Positions 24,061 to 38,459 of a stretch of 64,000 nt of DNA are shown here, piece by piece (positions within the stretch are counted from its first letter, which is position 1; every line of letters begins with the position of its first letter). This DNA comes from Octopus sinensis (Eukaryota): the NCBI RefSeq assembly GCF_006345805.1, contig NC_042999.1, forward strand, positions 92,256,001-92,320,000, given 5' to 3'. A model generated the notes under the pieces. That model was not told where the DNA came from, did no database searches, and saw only the letters and a list, made by a program, of their open reading frames with translations. Made by a program: the position numbers and the translations under genes.

Positions 24061-27000
24061 CTGGCCAGTATATATACTGATCAAATGTTCATTCAATGAC
24101 ATTTAAGCATGAGTTTAGAAATGTAAGTCCATTAAATATGGCATTAATGTCAATTGATTGCTAGAAAAAATGGTGAAGGCGACTCTTTTAACCCAAACTT
24201 TAGCTATTGTAGAAATATTTAAAATATTAGCTCTTTCATATAAAATAGAATGGAAGTTATTAACAATTAAAGAAAAATAAAATGAAACAAAGCCATAACA
24301 AAGTTTGTACATATTATTTTAAAGCCACTGATTTGGTATCTTCAACTCAAACTCGTGTTTTAAACAAACATTATGCCATAGAACCACAAACACACCTCAT
24401 ACACTGACATCCAGTTTACATGGTAAGCTTCCTCACACAACCACAAAAGTATCTCTTACACTAAAAACCTTGCTCAATGCACATTGCGCAACTACAGACA
24501 TCTACACTATCATCATATGTAATAGATACAAACATCTTTTCTACACAGGAAACTTTTAACAAGTACACACATACCAAACACCACGGACCAGGTCACTGAA
24601 CTAATGAGGGAACCACAATGTGGGTCACTTGAACTGCAAGAAATAGCAGCCAAACCTCCCTAAAAAGCACATCCTATAGTCTTAAATAAGGACAGGAGAT
24701 TAAATAATATAGTCCTACACACCCATAAAAGGATAAAGATGAGAACAATGTGGATGCCTTTGACTACAGGTTTGTTTCATCATGATTGAAACTGAAGAAA
24801 AACCACAACAAAACATGGCTAGGACTCTTGAAGTGGTGGAATTTGAGCAGATAATAGATTAATGAAGCAATGTAAGTGAATAGGAGTTATGATGAAACTG
24901 TTAATGATCATTCCAGAAGCAAACTGAATCAGTGATTTTGTTGAGAGGTTTCATAATGTGTATAGTGTGGGAACCATATCTAAAGTTGTTCCTGCAATAT
25001 TACTTCAAAACATGAATTAGTGAGATGGATTCAGATACAAAAGTGATGAAATAAATGTTTTTAAGTATTGTCATTTGTTTTGGTAATGCATCTAACTTGT
25101 TCCAGAACATCGTTAATTATGATAGAACTTTTGGTTTGATACATATAATTAACAGCCTTCATATATTTCAACATATATGTATGCACAAATGATTAACTTT
25201 AAAGAATGAAAAATTTGCAAAGTTTGGTGAATGAAAAATTATAAATTAGCAATTTAAAAAATTATACAATTTCTCACTTGAGTTTGGCAGGCTGTTCAGT
25301 CAAATTCAAAGATAGCAAGGTGGCAGAGAAGAAAAAAGACTGTTGATAAAAAGAGAAGTAATTTCTTCTAAATTTTTGAGAAGATCTATTTTTTCTACAA
25401 GAGAATAGTCTGTTACATCTATTATAGAAGAAAAAGTAGAAGGTTCTTTGAACATTTTTTTAAAGAAATTACCTAGAGTGGATTACTGCAGCCTATTTTT
25501 CTGGACAGTCAAAAAGTTGTGCAACGCTTTCTCACTTTCTAAGAAAATAGTTCAAACCTGACTCAACATCCTCTAAGACATAGTGTTGCATTCTCACAAT
25601 GTCTAAGTTCACATCGAAGACAAAAAATAACCCTTCTTCAGCTCTTTTGAAATACATATTCTTTTTGTTCTCTTTTTCAAAGTCAATGTAACACGGTACG
25701 TATTGGTTGACAAAAAGATGAACTGAGGTAATGTAAAATATTATTTTTTACACAGAAAAGCAAAAAGAATCCTTTGCTGACACCTTAGCTTATTTACTTC
25801 TATATTATAATCTCTGAGCCAAAGGACCTGTAAACATTTAGATGACCTATTTAAAATATTGTAACCAAATTTCCTCAAATTGCATTCAACCATCTTAAAA
25901 CAGGGTAAGAATACATTACATTAGATTATTCAGTTCAGGGTACTTATAAGATGAAGGAATAGTCATACTGTTGACCATAAATCTTCTCAATCAGAGATGT
26001 AACTTGGAGTTAGAAAAAAAAAGCTTTTAAACTTGCAATCTAAGAACAAATAGTCTAATACCTTACCCATTCAACCATTTTGCAATTTTAACTTAAAGCA
26101 TGTTATTATTGTATGTCCATAATAGAGTGTTCATCACTCTTGTATACATAGTATAATATATTTGATATTTGGGTGCTTTCTCATTCTACTTCAGATAAAA
26201 CTATTCAATCACATAATCTTACACATCCAATAACTTATGCTAAATATATTTTTCTGTAAGTGTTATATTCAGTCTATGCACACTATCTATGGTTTTGTTA
26301 CCAACAGAAATAGCAGATCTCTCTATAAATATCATTCTTGTTTTAACACCAACTTATCCATGCTTGCCATAGGTCAAATGGAATTTGTTAAGGTAGATTT
26401 TCTTAGCCTGTATGACATTCATATCACTAACACTCACCTATTTCTAAGTATGGTAATATTTCCCCATAGCCAGACATGTGTTCACAAAGACTGCAAATTA
26501 TGGACATTGTTTGTATGACAGTGGTGGTTCTTTATAACTTTCATGTGATGTCAAGACAAGGAGACATAATCACACTCACACATGTGCATAACCACACACA
26601 TATACATACACATACACACATGTATATACAAATTATATTATATTGTAGAAGACACTTGTCCAAAATTCCACACAGTGGGACTGAGCCTGAAACTATGTGG
26701 TTGAGAAACAAACATTATGATCACATACATAATTTAACCTCCATTCACATGGAAAATATACAAAATACCTAATCAAAGAAATAAAAATATCTTTTTGCAT
26801 CTCCTTTATAAGTATCTAATATTGTTGGTTTAGTAAATCAAACAACTTTATATATTTATAACAACAGCAACATCAACACCAACAGTGACAGCAAGCATTT
26901 GCAATTTAAATCAAAACAAATAAGATGTCTGAAATAAGTTCAAGATAACAATCATCACAGAGATTTGAAAGAGAAAAGTATACAAATCTCTACTCAAGCT

Positions 27001-28290
27001 AGACATATCTTTCAAGAATAAATGCAATTTAATTATATGGAAATTACAACAACCTGAGGAATAGTAGAAGATTTAAAATGAGATGAATAGATTTGCATCT
27101 ATTTGGATAAATATTATGAATTTTTGTATATTTTTAGGTAACATAAGGGGATAAAGAAAAGTATTAACAACTTTTCTTCCTGAAAGGTACTCCATACTTT
27201 AGTAAAAATTTATCAAATTATTTGGCAATATAGTTCTTAAACATTAAGATACAAAGATAATATCTAAGATATCATCATTGGAAACAATGGCATAACCATT
27301 ATTGCTGTCTCCACCAACACCACCACCTCCCTACATGCATGAACATAATCATCATCACTTCAGTGTCTTGTTTCATGCTGGCAGGATCTGAATAAGATTG
27401 CCCTATATCAACAGTAGTAGTATTGTTATCATTGTTGTTGTTATTATTATCGTCATCATCATTGCAAAAAGTTCTATTCTAACAAGTTCATTTAATGCAC
27501 AGTATTTTCCTTATTAGCATAAAGTATATAGTATAAATGGAATGAGATATCAACAAAGTAACTTAGTTATTTTTCTATGAAGAAAGTGAGAATTTACAAT
27601 ACTTATTTGTCTAGCAAACTATCTGAGAAAATTAACTCTGACACTAGCCTCTATACTTGAGATTTGATCCCTTCACTTCTTTCTCTTCAGTTTCCCTCTT
27701 TGTAAGTACTTACCACTAACATCACACATTATTCTTTTTTTCCAGCATGCAGGGAGGACATTTGTCTGGAGAAAATTTGCCTCAACAAATTCTGTCCAAC
27801 ACATGCAAGCATGGAAAAGCAAACATTAAAATGATGATGATGATGCACTAACCATTCACATCCCAAATCATACCTGGGCTGTTATAATTCCTATATATAT
27901 TTCATGACATATTCAACATTAAACCACTGACTCAGCTTTTCTTTCATGAATATTAGCTTTTCATATCCAATGAATGACAGCAAAAGTTCTTCTCCATGTT
28001 GGCACATGCAGATGCATGTCTATGTGCATTTGCTTGAGTGTGAGTGTGCATACACACGCATACATATATATAATATATATGATATATATATGCATATAAA
28101 TATGAGCTGCAGCAAAATTTTTTTATCAGTGAACAAGTTGCAGTTTCTAGCAATAAAAATGTTGACAGAATATTACAAATAAACGTTTAAGTGAAGTTGA
28201 CAGTATGTTTTTGAATGGCTAACTTCTATCTTCCACACTGCAATTGCTAAATATATATCTTTATACACAATAAATACATACATATATATA

Positions 28291-28399
28291 TTATACTGAA
28301 CTAGCAAAGTGCCTCAATTTAAGTACCTAACTCAACTGAATCTTAATTATATATATATATATATACACATATATATACATATATATATTATGCATATAT

Positions 28400-28456
<57 letters not shown>

Positions 28457-28525
28457 CATACACACATAATTAAGATTCAGTTGAATTAGGTACTTAAATT
28501 GAAGCACTTTGCTAGTTCGGTATAA
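28291..28525. repeat. About 60-bp inverted arms around a TA/CA microsatellite
   Basis: ttatactgaactagcaaagtgcctcaatttaagtacctaactcaactgaatcttaattat versus its reverse complement at 28467-28525, with a few mismatches. Confidence 0.85.
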
Positions 28526-29244
28526 TCTGCACACCCCAACAATATTATCTGAATATTAAACATAAAGACTCCATGTTGGGGTATTTGTTCCCAATACTCC
28601 TGTTGTTTGTGCAGACAAAGCAACACAACTAAGTGAAAATATCCACTCTTGGTAATTCAGACATGTACTTTTTATAAAAGTACTTTCTATAGTATTTCCA
28701 AAGAACAGATTCCACGTTAGATGAACAGAATATAAATAAGCAACAAAGACATACAGGTGTCAATTCAAGTGGCTCTATATAATTGATTAATGAAAGCATT
28801 ACATCAATTTGATTGAAGCTGTTCTCATCAGATGACCACATAGACTTCAAAAATAAAGGATAAACCATTTTTTAAACAAATTTACATCAATAATGGAAGC
28901 CAAAATATATACATTGTTTCCTTTTGTTATATCTTTGGCAGAATGAGTTTAAAAAATAATGCATACCTTGTAAAGCCTATTATAATTTAGAGAGTAGCAA
29001 AGGAAATAGTGGGTGTCAAAATAAAAGGAGTGGTGACATAGGTACTTATATTTAGAACGCTTAATGAAGTATGTAGTCTTCGTAATTACTTATATTTAGA
29101 AGATTTTATGTAATATGTAGTCTTCAACTATTTGGAATTAAATCCATTAGAATACAGTTGACAACTTCCAATGGATTTAATTAGTTGAAAACTACATACT
29201 ACATAAAGACTTCTGAATATAAGCAACTACGTCACCATAGCTTA

Positions 29245-30400
29245 CACTGCAGACTTAAGACCTCTTTAAAATATGGAGGGGGAAACGCCTCTCTATTATC
29301 TCCCTTTGCCATTGGTCATCAAGCTTTGCCTGTGCCACCACCAGCAGCGGCACTGCCATCAACACCAGTCTTACTAATAGCTTCCCCGACATCCACGATG
29401 CCAGGTCTGTTAGCCACTATAGTAGTAGTAGCAGAAGGTCCAGTTCCCTTATTGGCTATAACAGCAACAACAACAGTAGCAGCATTATTAACAGCAACAG
29501 CACCTCCTACATTACTGGCAGTGGCAACAACACTACCATCGCTACCACCACCACCACCGCAAGCAACTCCAGCTCCAACAACACCAGCAGTCCTAACCCC
29601 ATTAACACTGGCAGCAGTGCCAGCAGCAGTGACAACAACAGCAATGCCAGCACCAGCAACAACAACAATGACTGCAGCACAGGAAACACATGTAGGGATA
29701 AAAATATTACTGACACCACCACCACCTCCAGTGACGCCAACACCAACAACAACAGCCCCAACTCCATCAGTGACAGCACTACCTGTGGCATCAGCAACAC
29801 TGACAGTAGCAACAGCACCAACAATAGCAGCACCTACAACAACAGGTGAACCAATATCACACACTCATAGAAACATGTGAATGCACACGGAATCCTCTCA
29901 AACAGCGTCTTTCCAATCATTTGTCCTCCTTCAGAGTCCTGGAAAGGAGATATGTAACATCACTGGTCAGACATATCTGGCAACTAAGAGACAAAGGGAT
30001 ACCATATTCAATCACATGGAAAGTACTTGAGAACCTAGGCCCCTACATCAAAGGGACAAAACATTGCAAGTTATGCATTGCTAAATGCACAAAAATTCTA
30101 AAAGACTTGATCGTGCCAGGGAGAATCTTGAACTCCAAGACAGAGATTTTCAGGCAATGCTTGCATTTTAGAAGATACCCACTGGCATTTTGGAATTCGC
30201 AAGGTGACGCTACAGCCGGAAGCCAATAACCAAAGTCAAAGGGAGACAATCGTTTATCTTCATGGTTCTTTGGTGACCACAAAGTAACAGTGTGACCAAA
30301 GCTCAATGACCAATAGCAAAAGGAGATAATCACTTAGTGTTTACTTTTATAGAGAGTCATTTCCCCCTCCATATTTTGAAGAAGTCTTAAGCTAGCAGTA
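29245..30400 (+). mobile_element. 5'-truncated Penelope-like element with an inverted terminal copy; GIY-YIG C-terminal half preceded by a Thr/Ala/Pro-rich segment
   Basis: ORF 29846-30229 has KQRLSNHLSSF, LVRHIWQLRDKG, ITWKVL, CKLC and LNSKTEIFRQCLH. 29245-29328 is an inverted copy of 30297-30400. Confidence 0.85.
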
Positions 30401-30477
30401 TTTGAAGATACACCATAAGACTAAACCCCTTATGAGCAAGAAACCCAGGGTAACCCCATAAACCGGTCCCCATTCAT

Positions 30478-30595
30478 GATCATCATCATTCAACGTCTGT
30501 TTACCATGCTGGCATGGGCTGGATGGTTTGACAGGGGATTGGCAAACCAGGAGGCCACACCACACTCCAATCTGATCTGACAAAGTTTCTACATG
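30478..30595 (-). mobile_element. RTE 3'-tail fragment
   Basis: (CAT)n followed by ttaccatgctggcatggg, matching the family tail. Confidence 0.75.
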
Positions 30596-30611
30596 TATAT
30601 ATATATATATA

Positions 30612-30788
30612 GGGAGAGTTTACGAAAAAAACAAAAGACGAAAGCAGGTGGTGTACAAAACAAACAGATGTATTAGTATAACGCTCAGGAATAGAAAAAG
30701 TCTTAAGTTTTGAGCCTACACTCTTCTACAGAAAGGGACACAGAAAAAACAAGGAGAGAAAAAAATGTGTGTAGTGGCTAACGATCTA
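30612..30788 (-). mobile_element. Short dispersed repeat inserted in (TA)n, probable PLE 3' end
   Basis: Second copy at 42283-42472; both are flanked by TA runs. Confidence 0.55.
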
Positions 30789-30797
30789 TATATATAT

Positions 30798-31470
30798 AAT
30801 CAAAATAAGCAACAAGGATATCCAAGGTAGTGTAGTACAATCGTTTCATGCTTCTTCAGTTTATTAAACACTGAGCATTAGTAGTCTCTATTCTCCCTAC
30901 CCCAATAATTTCAGCCTACTAACTTTTGCTATAATACTTTCAAATATGCTTAAGTTAAATTCCTCAGAATGAGGATGGATTTATGGCTTTGACATTTGCA
31001 CTACCCCTTCCTCTATCTATAAATAGAAAAAATTCTTGTTTGTCTCCATTGAACCAAGAATAGAAACCCCTTCCCCACTGATAGATCTAAATAACAAAGT
31101 GAACTAAGTGATAAAAAAATCTACAGATGGAGAAGGACATACTACCAACATGTTCTTAATGAAATTAACCTCTCTGTCTATATATCTACCCTCTTTGTAA
31201 TGTTGGCAAATGAAATAAGTATAAAAATGTGCATTGTCCGTTTAATTGAAAAATTCTATATGCGGCTTGAGATTGCTCGACATTTTAAAACTGATGTAAT
31301 ACTTACAGTGTTTAATAAAATGAAGTAGCATGAAATGATTGTACTACACTGCCTTGGATATCCTTGTTGCTTATTTTGATTATAATCACCCATTTGATTT
31401 ATATGGATAATACCATACCAAATTCTGGTTCCTTTAGCTTAAGTACCATATTCATCTGAATCTAAATTTT
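30798..31470. mobile_element. PLE-like repeat with an inverted partial copy
   Basis: 30798-30873 is the reverse complement of 31306-31383, and both outer ends abut (TA)n. Confidence 0.6.
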
Positions 31471-31476
31471 GCTGAA

Positions 31477-31525
<49 letters not shown>

Positions 31526-32318
31526 GAACCTAGTTTTATCATGACTGAGCTTCCTACTCTTTGGACTTGCACATCTAAACCACTTCCCAAACTTTCAGGA
31601 ACTCTCCTCATCCACATGCCAGCATTCCATTGGGATTACCGCTGGATCTACTGACTCTATCTTCACGGATTTCACTGGACTTTTTTTGTTGATATATATA
31701 TATATATATATATACATGCATGGAAGATGGATGTTAGACAATGATGATGATATATATATATATATATATATCACAAAATGTAAACCCCTTTTAAATGTGT
31801 CCACCACAAATGACACTATTACAAGGACCTTAGAATAATACCTATGCAAATATTAAAAATGATATATTCAGAACAGTCACTAGCCATGAATTTATTCAGA
31901 ACAATTCTAATCATTACTATTATAACCACAATGGGTTACTTTTAGGTAACTTGACCATTTAAGAGGATTCCACCAATACCCTACTACTGTCATACCACTC
32001 ATGAGTTTTTTAAAATCTTTCTCTTCTTCTCCTTCACTGCCACCTCCTTCCTCAACTACTACCGCTGCTTAAACAATCAAAAACAAGAATTCATATCAAA
32101 CTACTACTACCTGCTGCCTACTACCCAGAGTTCACATGAGTTAAAAAGAGAGAGACAGACAGTCAGAAAAAAGGAAAATGTCCCTTGCATTTGAAAAGTA
32201 TTGGAAATATTTTCATTTAATTTTTCCACAATTTAATTGTTTTTCATGCTTTACTCTAAGCTGAAAAAGTCGCAAAGACTGAAGCCAGTACTAAAATGTT
32301 CTTCATGATAGCATTTTC

Positions 32319-32358
<40 letters not shown>

Positions 32359-34986
32359 TATATGTACATATATATATACATAAATACACACACATATATA
32401 GATATATATAAACACACATATGCATACATATACACACACACATGCATGCATGCACACACACACATGCACACACACACACACACACAGATCTGGATGGGGT
32501 ATCACAGTCTGAATCAGATATTCCTTAAAATTTTAGCTTTCCTAGATGGGTTGACAGCTCTGGTCTTGCTTGTATGTTCTGTTTTAGCAACCCCATCAAC
32601 ATATATTCGAGCTTCACTCTCTTTTTTCACTTTCATCCATATTCTGCAATCCTCCTGTCTTTTGTTGATGCTGCTACCCTTGACAAGTAGAGACCACATA
32701 AAACAACAAATCTTGTGCTCTATGAGAGTTTCAAAACAACTTCACTAATGGTGGTACTTTTATAAAATGCACCCATATGCTCTATAAAGTAGTTCACATA
32801 TAAGTGGAGATAATGCAATGTTGAGTGAATCCTTCAAATTTGTTTTGTCAAGGACATGTGAATTTCCTTAGCGCTGGTAACTGGATAAATTGCATCAAGT
32901 ATATATACTTAAACTAAGAAATAAAGTAAAAAAACAGAACATACTAGCCACAAATGCATGCACACATGCATGTGTGCACACACACACACACTTTAACTCT
33001 TAATGCCAGTTCACTTTGCATCCACATTTCTAAGGTTGATACCAATGCATAGCAACTTTGGCTAGTATTATTGTCCCATGTTGACCAAAGATTTGAAAGG
33101 AAAAAAAGAATACATAGATGAAAAGTGCATGAAAATTTTGGTGGTGGACCTAATCTGTTCCTCAGTTTAACAGCACTACATAGTCCTTGGATGACTTTAG
33201 TGAACCAAGTCCCCAATCTAAGGGTAACTAAAACTTAATGTGCTGCTTTCTACAGCAGCAATCCATTAGTGATTGAGCTAATTAGAGATTTTCTGTATAA
33301 TTGTTTAGCATGCTAGACTTAGTAGCCAAATCTCCTTCAAATTACACTCAACCAGTGGAAAAAAAGAAACAAATTGGATATAAAGCCTATAAGAGTGGAG
33401 TTCAGGTGATACATTGGTTGACAGCCTAAAGAGCCAAAAAGGAAACCATGACTATTTACTGAGCCTCCTCTATCATCATCATTATTTAACGTCTACCTTC
33501 CACACTGATATGGATTGGATGGTTTGACAAGAGTTGGTCAGGCAGGAGCCTGCACCAGATTGTGTCTGTTTTGGCAGGGATTTTATGACTGAATGCCCTT
33601 CCTAAAACCAACCACCTGACAACCTCTTTGAATTTAAAGAGACTCCTCCTTCTTGGGTCCAAATGTAATTTTGTTCACCTTACCAAATTTTATGAGTGGT
33701 CCTAATTGTTTAGAATCTATTACATAGACAACAAGAGATAGCTCTAACTTAGAATATTTTTATAGATACCGACTTTTCCTGTTATAACTGTATAATTTTT
33801 ATTTATAAAGCAATCTACAAACAACCCAATCTATGACAAAATAAAGCAAAACAAGTGTATCAACTTCATTCAACTTTCTAGGTGATATATTATCCAATAT
33901 TTTTACCCAACAAACAAACAAGACATAAATCTTGAAATATTTGGACAATATGTTTTATCATTATCATTGTTGTTGTTGTTATTATTATTATTTATATTAC
34001 ACATTGACAATAGTTAAGGGAATAATGCCAAAACTAGTTCTCCTTTGGAATTAATTATCGTGTTGATTTACCATAATATTCCTTTGTAAAGAAATCAGTT
34101 TATAAACAGGCAATATGAACGAGAAACATTTCTACAAAACAAAACTAGAAAATTGTAAAATAGGGTCCAAAATGGAAATAATTGATCACTTGAGAGCAAT
34201 TGCTTTTACACAGTTTAATAAGAAAAAATATTCTATAATGGCTACATAAATATTGGCTATTAAAGGACTCTGGAGGAGAAGTTAAAAATTTACAATGTAA
34301 ATTATTTCCTTTGATTTGTATTTTATGAAACAATACTTAGATATTTTACTTAAAGCAAGGAGAGAAATACACATACGCGTGCGTGCGCATGCATGTGTGC
34401 ACACATTCACATATGTGTGTGTGCACACGTGTGTGCATGCATGTGCGCATATTTGTTTCAAATTCACTTTTCTAAATTAACATGAGTTTGGTTATGTTTG
34501 CAGACCTTTGATATTTGCAAATGAATTGCTGATTGCTGGAATTGCTTGCACAAGAGTTTACATTATTCTTTAAAACCACTGTAACTTTCCTGTTTCTGAT
34601 AATTCAGTCATAAAGTGGGAGTGGTATCTATGTTCAGCCACAGAACATGAGACAAGCAACAGAGTATGCCAAGCAACAAAAGCCCTTAAGAAGTGTTTAT
34701 GATTATAAGGTTATTTATCCCATCATTCTATTTCTTTCTTGCATATATCCATACATATTGTATTAGCACATGCTAAAATAACTGTAGATAAGGAATATAA
34801 TCAATTGAATTAGTCCTTGTATACAACTGGTATTTATTTTACCTGCCTCTGAAGGATAAAAGGCAAAGTCAACTGTATTGGGATCTGAACACAAAGCATG
34901 TAGAAAGGAAATGAAAAATTGGGACACTTTGTAGTGTTCAATCATTTCTGCCTCTCTATCACTCATCATTATCATCAACATTTTAA

Positions 34987-35191
34987 CCCTTTTGTTACTA
35001 TAGCTCTGTTGAAATACACTGCTTTTGTTTTAGTGAAGTTTGAAAATAATAAAAAAAATCTGTAAAATAACCTTATCATTATGACATTGGTGATTGGAAC
35101 ATAGATTAACATAAAATTTTGATGGGGGATTTAAAATTTTATCACTTTAAAAAACAGGAAGTTTGAATCATAAAATCAGTTATCAAAAGGG
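34987..35191. mobile_element. piggyBac-type MITE
   Basis: TTAA-cccttttgttac ... gttatcaaaaggg-TTAA. Confidence 0.7.
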
Positions 35192-35416
35192 TTAATGCAA
35201 ATTTTCCCATGTTGTTAAAGATTCAACATGTTATCTGTAGGACAGACAGTTATTTAAATTGTTACTTTTCATCAACGAGACCCACCATCCTAAAACTTTA
35301 CTTCTTTACATGACCTCACTCAAATGTTAACTCATTTTGTTGTATAAGAGAAAGGTCTTTATGCCAACAATAAACACACACTGGTTCGATTTCACTTCTT
35401 TTATTATTATTAGTCA

Positions 35417-35815
35417 GGCGCAGGAGTGGCTGCGTGGTAAGTAGCTTGTTTACCAACCACATGGTTCCGGGTTCAGTCCCACTGCATGGCACCTTGGGCA
35501 AGTGTCTTTTACTATAGCCTCGGGCCGACCAAAGCCTTGTGAGTGGATTTGGTAGACGGAAACTGAAAGAAGCCCGTCGTATATATGTATATATATATAT
35601 GTGTGTTTGTGTGTCTGTGTTTGTCCCCCTAGCATTGCTTGACAACCGATGCTGGTGTGTTTATGTCCCTGTTACTTAGTGGTTCGCCAAAAGAGACCGA
35701 TAGAATAAGTACTGGGCTTACAAAACAATAAGTCCCGGGGTCGAGTTGCTCGATTAAAGGTGGTGCTCCAGCACGGCCACAGTCAAATGACTGAAACAAG
35801 TAAAAGAGTAAAGAG
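35417..35815 (+). mobile_element. Full-length tRNA-derived CORE-like SINE
   Basis: A box tggctgcgtggt, B box ggttcagtccc, accttgggcaagt core, internal microsatellite, (gtaaaaga)n tail. Confidence 0.9.
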
Positions 35816-37161
35816 TATTAAGTATTTTACCAATGACTTAATCAATTGTTTGATTAATCATTCAGTCTATCAGTAAATCAGCAAGTGTCATCAGAGTCCT
35901 TTTGTTGCCATTCCCAACCTCATTAATGATGTTACTGGCATAACTATGGATGGCAACAGATCTCTCCTATTCACTGTAGCATCTGCCTGTGTAACTGAGG
36001 ATATATTGTTCCTTTTCTACACAACCATCTCTTTGACATTCATTCTCTATCTTACAATAATGAAGAATGTTATTAGACCTATCTGTATTGAATTTGTACT
36101 TAATACACTCTTCCATCACTTAATCTTACTATTTTCCCTCTCTGCTAGTACCTACCACTTGTACTTTCCATCTACTGTACTCTCACCTTCTATCACTATA
36201 TTTTTCCCTATCAGAGTTTTGCATTCTCCAATTTTTTTCTATACAGCTTCTCCGTCTATACTTTGAGTGAATATACTCAAGAATGTGTACTAAGGACTCT
36301 TCAGTCTTATAAGGTACAAGACAACCTCATTAAGCTGGTACTAAGATTAAATGCATCCAGTACGATCTCTAAAGTTGCTGGCAATTGAATAAAGATAATT
36401 TTTAGTCTTGTTCAGTACATGATAACTGCTCCAATACTTGTGCCATAATAAAGTATACCCTGTGCAATCTGTAAAGTGGCTAGGGATAGGAAGTGAGACA
36501 TACTCTTTGAGCCAGACAAGAGGGTAGAAATTCTGTATAAGAACTGACTGGGACTGAGACAACCTGTCCACTCCATGCTAGCATAGAAAGCGGATTTTAC
36601 TTGATGATGATGATAATCATGATCATGATATGTATACAAAAAGCATCCAGCCATAGAAACCATGCCAAAATAGACATTGTAGCTTGGTACACTCTGCTAG
36701 TTAGTCAGCTCCTGTTAAACAATCCAATCCATGCCAGCATGGAAAACGAGCATTAAAGATGATGATGATAATGATGCTGATGATGACAATGACTGCAACA
36801 TATATGCACACAACAATAAGCAGTTCTGTACCCTATATTTCTTTTAATGGGTCTAACTTTATTTTTATTTTGCCTTTGATCATTTTTGCCCTCCTCTGTT
36901 TCTCATGTTGCTTTGTATTTCAAACTTCCACCACCTGGACAACGTTCATTTTTAGAACAAGAAAACAAACATTTTCAACAGCACCAAGACAAATCTCTAC
37001 ACACACAAAAAAGATAAAAATGAAAATCAGCAGACATGAACAACACAATTAAAAACCTTAAAACTTTACTAGGTCACACAATCTTTTATAATCAGTCATA
37101 GCAACAACTGTATAATTTAGAAAACAAAATATTCCTTTTTAGGATAAGAGAATATTTCAAC

Positions 37162-37193
37162 CTTGATCGGTTGTAGATCCTAGAATTGCAGAC
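37162..37193 (-). CDS. Weak candidate exon SAILGSTTDQ (phase 2/1)
   Basis: tttacag acceptor with a poor pyrimidine tract and AG|gttgaa donor; supported mainly by phase fit. Confidence 0.2.
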
Positions 37194-38459
37194 CTGTAAA
37201 GTCCCCAGTCTTTGTGCATATTTTTCCTAACATAACCAACACAAAACAACATCAACTACATCAGTTTCACTAGTCTTAGAGGGCTTTGAAAGTGATAGGT
37301 GTTGTCATACTTCAGACCAAGAGATAATAAAGTAAACAAAGGAGAAACACTAAATCTATATCCTTTCAAATACATTTATTTCTTCTTTGAGAAAACTCTT
37401 CTGAAATGCTTGAATTCTCTCTGAACCATAGCACATAAATTTATTCAATTCCATGGAAGTGTTTGTTTTTGTATATTCAAACTACAGTTAGTTTTCTTTG
37501 ACTTTGTTCATTAACTTTTAGCTATCTATAATATCAGTATATTTTAAATCTTTATGAAACAGATTCTGTCAAGAGCCCAATATGCACATGTAGAAAGAAT
37601 ATCCTACCATTTGGTTAAATTAAATCTCTTAGGGCAATGGAAATATAATGGCCTGATTAATGTGAGTTCAATCTTGAGCCCAAAAGATGAATTAATAATT
37701 CATTAATAGTAAAATGTATAAAAGGAAGCTAAGAGATTCAATCTGCTTTAACTTTCAAAGTTTTACTGACTATCCTAAATCAACAGAACAATATATCAAC
37801 AGCAGTTACATAAATGTATATATACTATATGTGAGTGATTGTGAGTTTATCTGGATGGCATGCATGTATGGTGGAAAACTTCATTTCACAACCACATGGT
37901 TTCTGGTTCAATTCTACTTTGGTTTTATGCACCATCACTAACATTTGAGTAATAATTTGACTGGAATTTGGCAGACAGAAACTATGCAGAAGCTTCTCCT
38001 TATCTCTCCCCCCCCCTACCACAAATATAGATATATAAAGCTGCATATAAAAACAGATTAATATTAAACTAAGTGATTACTCAATACTTTTTATCAAACT
38101 ACATATTTAGTACTTTTTACAAGGAAAACATCGATATGACTTTGATGTTTCAGCTTACTCGCCTTCATTGGAAAGTAATTTACTTTGATTCTTTTTTGGA
38201 GTTAACTGGTTTTTGACAGAAGTTCTCTAAGGTAAATGGAGCAATGTAATAGTTATTAGGTATGATTTAAGTAGACAGGTGAAGTATTTTGTTGTAGGAC
38301 AGAGGAGGATAGGAAGAACATATGTGTTTGTAGAGTGTGTGTTGATAGAAAAGTATGTATTAGTTTGATTTTTATGAGGGAATGTTGTTTAGGATTCAGT
38401 CACATAGGGAAGTAAGAGTCTGAACAAATATATGTATTTGAAATGAGTGTGTGTATCAA

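Noticed and set aside
25278-25339. Possible exon SFFFSATLLSLNLTEQPAKL with good splice sites
   Set aside because: Phase 0/2 does not fit the chain without further unseen exons; left unresolved.
29319-29864. Val/Gly/Ala-rich and Leu-rich minus ORFs
   Set aside because: Antisense of the low-complexity PLE tract.
32251-32748. ORFs rich in YI, CV and HT dipeptides (also at many other sites)
   Set aside because: Translations of (TA)n, (TG)n and (CA)n microsatellites.
35417-35490. tRNA gene
   Set aside because: tRNA-like SINE head with A and B boxes but no convincing cloverleaf; it continues into the SINE body.
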